A DNA stretch of 64,000 bases from IMG/VR virus record IMGVR_UViG_3300045988_118548, positions 73,984-137,983 of that record; one strand, 5' to 3'. The DNA is from a virus. Positions 57,721-64,000 of the stretch are shown here, one piece after another. Below the pieces are notes generated by a model. It worked only from the letters and a program-made list of their open reading frames with translations. It was not told where the DNA came from and searched no databases. The position numbers were made by a program, and so were the translations under genes. Positions within the stretch are counted from its first letter, which is position 1; each line of letters opens with the position of its first letter.

Positions 57721-57894
57721 ACCGCACCATGAATCCCATAAAGCAAGTGCTCCGATCTTCGCAGACGGGAGCACTCTGTTTAAAGCATAAGAAAATTAAT
57801 GAAGAAATTTTTCTCACTTACGCCATAGCATCTAAAATAGCTATCAGCACTATTTCTATGACAAACATAATAGAAAATATCTTAAATGCCTTTT

Positions 57895-58218
57895 TCATAT
57901 CGCTATCTCCTTCTTCTTTATGTTTATAGTTCTTCTATACAGGATCTCTCCGGTCGTAATATCCTGTGCACTTACACTAATACGAACACAGTCCTTTAAC
58001 CAACTCGGTCTGTATTTAAGCAATTCTTTAGCACTCGTTCTTAATATCATCTCTTTGGCATCTGATACCGGCATAGACCTGTTGCTTATTAGCCTACTAC
58101 TTTCCGAACCTGTAGAAGATACCCAATTTATCCAAATATAATGTATTGTCCTTTCCATCTTTTTTCTTTTTACGTTCCACAATAAACTGTCCTGGCTCTG
58201 CTCCGACCTACGTTCCAC
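57895..58218 (-). CDS. hypothetical protein
   Basis: 107-aa ORF. Confidence 0.5.
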   Translation of the reverse strand: MERRSEQSQDSLLWNVKRKKMERTIHYIWINWVSSTGSESSRLISNRSMPVSDAKEMILRTSAKELLKYRPSWLKDCVRISVSAQDITTGEILYRRTINIKKKEIAI

Positions 58219-58250
58219 CTACAACCGCAGGCCTTAGCCCAAGGCGCCGC

Positions 58251-58511
58251 CTACTCCCCCTCTATGGCAGCCTGTTCGTACCTACAACACCAGTCTCTAT
58301 CTATACAACTATCACTACGCGATAACAAATATTTATCCTTATAACAATCATAAAAAATACACCTATCACAACTGTAATCCTTAACTTCTGCACAGCTAAC
58401 TACCTTAGCATATACTATACCATCACTACCTTCTATTCCTTTCACTCCAAAAATAGAACCTTCTCCCTCCTTACTCAAATCTAAGTCAGGCGCAAAGTCA
58501 TATACGTTCAT
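58251..58511 (-). CDS. hypothetical Cys-rich protein
   Basis: 86 aa with 9 Cys. Confidence 0.5.
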   Translation of the reverse strand: MNVYDFAPDLDLSKEGEGSIFGVKGIEGSDGIVYAKVVSCAEVKDYSCDRCIFYDCYKDKYLLSRSDSCIDRDWCCRYEQAAIEGE

Positions 58512-58592
58512 GTTGTTTATGTTTTAATTGTTATACATTCCGATTGAAAAAAAATACTCACATAATGCAGTCCTTAACTCTTACCTACAGAA

Positions 58593-58791
58593 TACTGTTT
58601 TAAAAACGCTGTAAGTCTTAATTTTGTTGGAAAATCCTACATTATGCTGTTTTAAAACGTTGATTTGTTGAATTTTGTTGGTAGAAACTACAAAATGCTG
58701 TTTTAAAACGCTGTAAGTCTTAATTTTGTTGGAAGAAACTACAAAATGCTGTTTTAAAACGCTGTAAGTCTTAATTTTGTTGGAAGAGAGT
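58593..58791. repeat. 51-bp tandem direct repeat, about 4 copies
   Basis: Units at 58593, 58646, 58697 and 58748 (TGCTGTTTTAAAACGCTGTAAGTCTTAATTTTGTTGGAAGAAACTACAAAA). Copies 3 and 4 are nearly identical and copy 2 is diverged. Contiguous with no unique spacers. Confidence 0.8.
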
Positions 58792-59524
58792 GCCATCCCT
58801 CTCCCCCTCTCCAACCCCGGCTAATCCTCCGGCTTCCCGCATAGAACCTACGCTCTCACACCTCGCTACCGGCATACGGAGAGCGCTACAAGCTTATACT
58901 CTGGCATGAAGTGTGGGGTGTTTGGAGATAATATCATTCCATAGAGAGAATAGAGAGTCTTCAGCACACGCCCTACCGTCTGCTCCTCCTATCAAGATAG
59001 ATATTTAAGCCTATAATCAAAGCCAATAAAGAAAAGCAAAAGACCATTACGATATTATACTGATCCGGTCCGTACTCTAACATAGAGCGAATACCAACCG
59101 ACAGAAAATACAAGTCAGCCACTAATAAAAACCACCACATAAAATAAAAAAAATACAATAAGTATGTCCGAAAATACGGGGATTATAAAATCTAACTAAT
59201 TGATAATCAAGCATACCTCATTTTTAAGAAAAATACAATAAGCCTAATTTTCAATCCATAGAGACGAAAAAGGCGGCATCTGACGCCCTATTTTGGGTCA
59301 GAAAACCGCCTAAAGTTTCGTTTTAGACCAATTTTAACGACATGATATAGACAAAATACCGGAATTATATCCAAACAGCCTTATTTTTGTTTCGATTTGA
59401 ACCAATATACGCATTCCTACCTTGTTTGTCGTCGTGTTCACTCTCAGAATATCCTACCCGTAAATAGAAAGAGTAGGATACAAAAATAGGGCTGCTCCGA
59501 TATTCGAAACAACCCTATTCCTAT

Positions 59525-59782
59525 TTAAATACTGTTTATATTTTCCTTAACGTACGTTCTTGACGTATGAACTTTACGCTTGCACTTTTCTTTTCCGGTA
59601 TCGGCATGATACGCTTCTTTAAGATCACGATACAACATAAATTCACGATACGCTCTTTTCCGCTTTTCTTTAGCTTCTTTCCTGGACAGACCGCGGACGT
59701 CTACCATATAAGATTTAAATTTCCTTTCCATGTTATTATATTGTTTATAATTTAGAGGTTGCTCCGGAATCGAACCGGACAC
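59525..59782 (-). CDS. hypothetical basic protein (likely true start ATG ~59731)
   Basis: The track ORF uses GTG inside T-arm-like element 3. The internal ATG gives a 68-aa Lys/Arg-rich protein. Confidence 0.45.
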   Translation of the reverse strand: MSGSIPEQPLNYKQYNNMERKFKSYMVDVRGLSRKEAKEKRKRAYREFMLYRDLKEAYHADTGKEKCKRKVHTSRTYVKENINSI

Positions 59783-59785
59783 GCA
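59757..59785 (-). other. tRNA T-arm-like conserved intergenic element, copy 3
   Basis: Minus-sense TCCGG-TTCGATT-CCGGA, a perfect 5-bp T-arm, followed by GCAACCTC. The best 5' acceptor partner (TGGTTGT) gives 6 of 7 pairs, but no D arm or anticodon arm follows. Confidence 0.35.
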
Positions 59786-60290
59786 TTCCTATCCTATAGA
59801 GATTTTATGCTACAACCAACAGCCCGTAATTAGTACGTAGTTCTTGCGTACAGGCTCGTACTATGTTGTTATTATATTTTCCGTCTGCTACACTATTTCG
59901 CCACACATAACGGCATAGTGTCCTTGCGTTTTGATACGGCACGTCCCTACATGGTAGGCTACATGCTTGTACCCTGTAATTTAATCTACAGCCTTGTTCT
60001 ATTTTTCGTGTAAGCAAGTAAGACACGTTTCGATCTGGAGATAAACCTCGTACAACGGCATGTTTTCCAAACTGTAATCACATACCTAACATAAACCATA
60101 CTTATTCGGATAGTCCATGCAGTAATACCAGCCCTTTAATTGCCAACGGCAAGGGCAACGGTATATCTATCTCCAATATGTAAAATAACTCTCTGTTTTG
60201 TCAGCTTCAGTCTAAAGCATACGCGGGACGTGCACCCACTGACAACGACGTACAAGCGCGTTTAAAGGTACGCGCCCAACCTTGTTTTTT

Positions 60291-60830
60291 TCACTGTTGA
60301 TTGCTTTCGTGTGCTAAATACTCAGATACACACTTTGCAACGGTACGAAGCGAATAAGATTTGATCTTAACGGCCACATAAGTAGATTTATACTCGTCCG
60401 TCTCTTTAACGATCCATTTTGCACTACTTTTCGTTTCCAACGTTTCCGCGGTCGCAAATCCGAAAGGCTTGTACTCTTCGCCATAAACTACATTATCAGC
60501 GCACCAATCAGCCGTTTTTGCCTCAATTCCTTTTTCTTTGTCTACTTTGCTATCCTTATATACTTTAGAGTATAGGGAAAACTTAATAAAGGTGTCGCCG
60601 ACTTTAGGTAACATTTGGCTACATACAGCAACTAAACGTTTTTTGTCTTTGGCGAGTGCTGCCACCTTCACCGCGTATTCTGCCGGTATTTCCAACGCTT
60701 TACATACCGCCTTGAGGTCTGCACCATTTGCAAATAAAGCATTGTATAACTTTACTGCACCTACTAAATTCGAGGCATTCTCTTTGATAACAGCGTTTTG
60801 CAGCTTGTTAACGTTCTTCTTCGTAATCAT
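60291..60830 (-). CDS. hypothetical protein
   Basis: 179-aa ORF, Ala/Lys/Val-rich. Confidence 0.6.
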   Translation of the reverse strand: MITKKNVNKLQNAVIKENASNLVGAVKLYNALFANGADLKAVCKALEIPAEYAVKVAALAKDKKRLVAVCSQMLPKVGDTFIKFSLYSKVYKDSKVDKEKGIEAKTADWCADNVVYGEEYKPFGFATAETLETKSSAKWIVKETDEYKSTYVAVKIKSYSLRTVAKCVSEYLAHESNQQ

Positions 60831-61039
60831 AACTCAATATATTTTAATTGTTAAACAAATGATATTCAATTTAATAGCACACAACGCAGGCGATTAACAG
60901 ATACAGATATAGTCAGCCCAACGGGTACACTATATAGGTTCATCATGTCAACTATGTGCTATCGCTTTAACACATTGCAAATATGCTACATTTATCAATA
61001 CTACAAATATATATGCTATCTTTTTTTTGTTAACTTGTA

Positions 61040-61440
61040 TTAATTTCGATTCTATTATCTGATTATCAGCAAGTTATAAAACACACAAGAGCGGTATTAT
61101 ACGCGTACATTAATATGTAGGATATATGTTTATTTAAGTGGCTTATAATCAATAGATTATAATAATACATTGATTATCAATAATTTAAATAAACCGTTGA
61201 TAATCAGCGGGTTTGTATGTTTTAGGTAAAAACGCGTTTCCGGTTTTCCAGCGAAGGGGGGGGCGGGGGAGAAAACGCGTTTCGGGGGCGGGAGGTTCGT
61301 GATAGGTACCCCCTCTCTCCCATCACATAAACCATTTCTGTCTTTCTACCATCACACAAACATTTTTCATTTTCTCATCTATCTCCCATCACACCCACCT
61401 ATCCACACAACACAAAAAAAATAGGATTGATATAAACCAA
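61040..61440. promoter_or_regulatory. complex noncoding region with iterons, palindromes and G-tracts (origin or regulatory hub candidate)
   Basis: TGATTATCA twice direct (61060, 61171) plus an inverted copy (61198). Perfect palindrome AAACGCGTTT twice (61229, 61273), flanked by G8CG5 and G5CG3 tracts. CCATCACA three times at ~30-bp spacing (61319, 61349, 61386). CTATCCACA (61400) is one mismatch from the DnaA-box TTATCCACA. Confidence 0.45.
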
Positions 61441-61467
61441 TCCTATTTAAAACATAACCTTATTTAT

Positions 61468-62427
61468 CTATTGAATTGAAGTAAGTTTGTGGTTTTCAAG
61501 GAAGTCCTTAAATTGGTCGCTTGATACGTCTATAACGAATCCAGCAGCACCGGCATGTCCTCCACCACCGAATCTCTTACTTACCTCGCAGCAATCTACG
61601 CTATCTTTTACGCATGCATAAAGAGAGAATCTAACTTTACCACCTGGCATGATACAAAATGGCATCAAGGCTTTAATTTTTCTACCATCTAACCAGTCTC
61701 GTGTAAGAGAATCAAATACTTTAGAACTAAATTCGGTGGTATTCATCGCCACGACCTTAACCTCGTCTACGTAAGCTTCGAACGAATACCTACTTACATC
61801 TTGTTCGTTTTTGCCGGCCATGTAATTAATTATAGCACGTCCTTCTTTAGCGAGATCATAGAAAATTAAATCCACCTCATTGTCCTTCATATTTTCTTTA
61901 AAATGATCATACAAATACGACAATGCTATTAACACATTGAGTCTTATTTTTGATCTCAAGGCATACTGAACGGCTACTACCGTATCCCAGCCTAAACCGG
62001 ATTCTTTATTCCACACATCGTAGTCTGACAGACACCGGACGATCGCCGGCACCTTCCCCATCAGCAGGTCCGAGGCCAGAGCGCACGCACCGACGCCGAC
62101 TCTCCTCAACCCTGGAACTACGAACCCCCATGTCTTACTATCTTCGATAATTCCCTTATGATGATCTATCCACATCAGGCTCTTTCCTTCATCAAGCCAA
62201 TCTTTAAAAATCGTTTTAGAATCGGCTCCGAAAGACACGTCAAGAACGTAAACAACATCTAAGTCACGCACTTTGCTGGTAACTTTCTTAACATCATCTT
62301 CATACGAATACGGGATATAAATAACATCCCTGTCTTTACTGTTTTCGTACATGGTTGCGATGGCTGCCGATACAACGCCATCTAAATCCGATTTATGATA
62401 GACTATCGCTGCTTCCTTTACTTTCAT
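61468..62427 (-). CDS. DHH-DHHA1 family phosphoesterase (NrnA/pAp-phosphatase-like)
   Basis: N-terminal HKSDLDGVVSA motif, the DHH motif WIDHHKG, and C-terminal GGGGHAGAAGF, the DHHA1 GGGH motif. Confidence 0.7.
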   Translation of the reverse strand: MKVKEAAIVYHKSDLDGVVSAAIATMYENSKDRDVIYIPYSYEDDVKKVTSKVRDLDVVYVLDVSFGADSKTIFKDWLDEGKSLMWIDHHKGIIEDSKTWGFVVPGLRRVGVGACALASDLLMGKVPAIVRCLSDYDVWNKESGLGWDTVVAVQYALRSKIRLNVLIALSYLYDHFKENMKDNEVDLIFYDLAKEGRAIINYMAGKNEQDVSRYSFEAYVDEVKVVAMNTTEFSSKVFDSLTRDWLDGRKIKALMPFCIMPGGKVRFSLYACVKDSVDCCEVSKRFGGGGHAGAAGFVIDVSSDQFKDFLENHKLTSIQ

Positions 62428-63334
62428 GATACAAACTTATATATTTGATACTACCGTCTTCTAATACCTCTATCTTTACAACATCACTATATGAATTGAA
62501 ATTCTGATCTTTATCAATCCTTATATTCAGCACATCATCTACGGTTGCATTTTTTCCATCATCGGTTTCAATCTTATAAAAATCTTTTAAAGTGATTTTT
62601 ATATTAAGACCAACACCATATGGATTTTCAAGGATATATATATAGCCATTATTTAAAATAACTATTCCTTCACTTGTATGTTCTTTGGACAATACATATT
62701 CTAAATCAAGATCTTTATCCAAAAACGTAGTAATATCCATATAGTCAATACCAGCATTATAAGCACATACCTTATCCGAATCAGAGAACTGACCTGGCAG
62801 ACCACTGGCGTCCCCGACCATCAACGAACATCCCTTAAGTTGACTGAAGTTCATACCGCGCATTACCGTGTCTTTACACTTCATAAGAATATCATCAATC
62901 ATGCCCGTGTTAGGCTTCCTCATCGGATTTTGTTCGTCATTTGAATAACACAACCTTTTTTCATACAAGACGCCTCTTATGCCTCTCTTTACCGCCAGAT
63001 CATGTACGCACCTCAGTACGTATTCTATCTTAGCTTCAATATCAGCTCCAGAAACAAACCCAGCTTCTACTCCTCCTTGATTGCTTACGATAGCAAATAC
63101 CTTAACACCGTTCTCCTGCATGAGGTCAAGAGCCTTATTCACCACATCCATCTTAATCCTCATATCTGTCAAGTCTGTAGCGAACGTATTCCCAGAAGCG
63201 GTTTCTATAAGCGTTCCATCAAAATCAAACAATAATATTCGTTTGGATTTTATATCAATATCTTGTACCATATCATTCTCCTTTTTCAAACTTGCTTTTC
63301 TTAATCTCTCTCGGAACCAGGCAGAACACACCAT
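62393..63334 (-). CDS. HAD-superfamily phosphatase (polynucleotide 3'-phosphatase/GmhB-like) with C-terminal extra domain
   Basis: Motif I LFDFDGTL (DxDGT). Motif II-like VSNQGG. KPNTGM then MVGDASG resemble HAD motifs III and IV. No kinase P-loop. Confidence 0.6.
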   Translation of the reverse strand: MVCSAWFRERLRKASLKKENDMVQDIDIKSKRILLFDFDGTLIETASGNTFATDLTDMRIKMDVVNKALDLMQENGVKVFAIVSNQGGVEAGFVSGADIEAKIEYVLRCVHDLAVKRGIRGVLYEKRLCYSNDEQNPMRKPNTGMIDDILMKCKDTVMRGMNFSQLKGCSLMVGDASGLPGQFSDSDKVCAYNAGIDYMDITTFLDKDLDLEYVLSKEHTSEGIVILNNGYIYILENPYGVGLNIKITLKDFYKIETDDGKNATVDDVLNIRIDKDQNFNSYSDVVKIEVLEDGSIKYISLYHESKGSSDSLS

Positions 63335-63695
63335 CTTCGTCCTTAATCTTCACAATATCATAAACCGCATACTGATTATCACCGATATCCCAACCCAGCG
63401 AAGACAGTACATCACGGAGGTAAATACGTCTATATTTCTCACCTTGTTTATTTAATAAAAACGATCTCTCGTCTTCTACCTTAGAAGGAGCTATATACAA
63501 ATTAGAATCCAACACCCCTTTAAACTCAGCTCCTTCTTCCATACCAATCAGAACCGCATCTTCGATACCCATCCATTTCAGGTTATCTACCGATATGGTC
63601 ATAATCCGATCTTTGCTAATAGAAAGCTTTCTGATTTTAGCTTCTTTTGTCTTAGAACCTACATAGACCTTACTGCTTAAAAAGTTTATCTTCAT
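63273..63695 (-). CDS. hypothetical protein (first gene of the minus block)
   Basis: 140-aa ORF. An upstream 14-bp inverted repeat sits in the divergent region. Confidence 0.55.
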   Translation of the reverse strand: MKINFLSSKVYVGSKTKEAKIRKLSISKDRIMTISVDNLKWMGIEDAVLIGMEEGAEFKGVLDSNLYIAPSKVEDERSFLLNKQGEKYRRIYLRDVLSSLGWDIGDNQYAVYDIVKIKDEDGVFCLVPREIKKSKFEKGE

Positions 63696-63710
63696 GATAT
63701 AATGTTTTTA

Positions 63711-63775
63711 AATTGTATCGCAAATATACGTAATAATATTAACAATACAATTTAAAAACAATTAAAATATGATAT
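63711..63775. promoter_or_regulatory. 14-bp perfect inverted repeat in the divergent intergenic region (operator candidate)
   Basis: TTTTTAAATTGTAT ...24 bp... ATACAATTTAAAAA, between the first minus-block gene and a + gene starting at 63956. Confidence 0.45.
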
Positions 63776-63955
63776 TATAATACGGGTAATCTTTTGAATC
63801 GCCTTGGAGCCAATTCGGATATGGTTCCGTGGAAAGCAAGACGAGAACCGTAGCTCGAATCCATGTCCGACGCATCGTAAGCCGCATCCGTATACGCCAC
63901 GCCGCCAGTCGGATACGAGCGGTAACCGGAGCGCGCCAAAACAAAGGAGCTGTCT

Positions 63956-64000
63956 GATGTCCGACTATGGTAATCTGAATAATGCGTGGAATCGCTACCG
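63956..64000 (+). CDS. hypothetical protein, 3'-truncated at window edge
   Basis: AAAGGAG ribosome-binding site then ATG 63956 (MSDYGNLNNAWNRY...). The ORF runs off the window. Opposite strand to the 22.7-63.7 kb block. Confidence 0.45.

Noticed and set aside
58593-58791. Possible CRISPR array.
   Set aside because: The repeats are contiguous with no unique spacers between them, the unit is 51 bp and mutates between copies, and no cas genes are present. The Cas4-like gene at 29.6 kb is typical of phage recombination modules.
58581-58814. 77-aa minus-strand ORF with a triplicated SNKIKTYSVLKQHFVV peptide.
   Set aside because: It is simply the 51-bp tandem DNA repeat read in frame (51 is a multiple of 3). 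No start context. More likely a noncoding repeat array than a repeat protein.
56838-59830. Calling the three T-arm-containing loci tRNA genes.
   Set aside because: Only the T-arm and part of an acceptor strand can be built. Position 8 is not U, no GG-containing D-loop exists, and no anticodon stem-loop pairs. Copies 1 and 2 share sequence downstream of the would-be 3' end. Reported as tRNA-like elements pending tRNAscan-SE.
3000-62130. Short 60-100-bp GC-rich islands inside ORFs (about 3000-3060, 17740-17800, 23940-24060, 28250-28330, 48340-48480, 53690-53780, 62040-62130) in a ~36% GC genome.
   Set aside because: Each codes for Pro/Ala/Gly/Arg-rich linkers or conserved Gly-rich motifs (PAPLAQPAPAAQA; GFTATPCR in the helicase). 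Amino-acid composition explains the local GC. No repeat structure is shared among them.
1-64000. Stop-codon reassignment (TAG or TGA recoding), known in some crAss-like phages.
   Set aside because: The 4.7-kb, 6.4-kb and 2.3-kb ORFs are uninterrupted in the standard code, and TGA functions as the stop at multiple ATGA gene overlaps. The single in-frame TGA between 10934..11302 and 11396..11689 is compatible with chance.

Overview
This 64-kb window reads as a large double-stranded DNA phage of a Bacteroidetes host, probably crAss-like (Crassvirales). That call is inference, not a database match. Nearly all genes on the + strand lie between nt 1 and 22,524 and look virion-associated. They include two giant ORFs, 1..4695 (open to the window edge, so 5'-truncated) and 16078..22524 (2148 aa), plus a 759-aa ORF and several low-complexity proteins. 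From 22,737 to 63,695 almost every gene is on the - strand. This block is replication and nucleotide-metabolism genes plus accessory genes: a DnaB-like helicase, a zinc-ribbon/Toprim primase-like protein, a superfamily-2 DEAH helicase, a Cas4/RecB-like PD-(D/E)XK nuclease with an iron-sulfur cysteine cluster, a Dam-family N6-adenine methyltransferase, a minimal Pol-beta-type nucleotidyltransferase, a dATP/dGTP pyrophosphohydrolase-like protein, a DHH-DHHA1 phosphoesterase, a HAD phosphatase and a KilA-N-like protein.

The standard genetic code fits: the giant ORFs are uninterrupted and TGA serves as the stop at ATGA gene overlaps. Several + genes are preceded by a Bacteroidetes-type -7 promoter box (TAnnTTTG). 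Two secreted lipoproteins carry the Bacteroidetes lipoprotein export signal (Cys followed by S/N then D-D).

The items most worth following up are these:
- A flotillin (FloT-like SPFH protein), an NfeD-like protein and an acyl carrier protein sit together in one phage operon.
- Two unrelated small genes lie between a giant gene and the 759-aa gene, each framed by near-identical 46-bp and 28-bp direct repeats. This looks like a swappable-cassette locus.
- A DHH phosphoesterase and a HAD phosphatase are adjacent and could act in nucleotide-signal or RNA-end metabolism.
- Three conserved intergenic elements carry a perfect tRNA T-arm motif but fail to fold as canonical tRNAs.
- A 51-bp tandem repeat occurs in four copies, and a 640-bp noncoding region holds iterons, palindromes and G-tracts. 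These are origin or regulatory candidates.
- A 7-6-7 palindromic motif with a TATAAT-like core recurs at four intergenic sites.
- A lipoprotein gene overlaps an outer-membrane beta-barrel gene in what looks like an inserted accessory (moron) segment.

Functional calls come from motifs read by eye. None was checked by database search.
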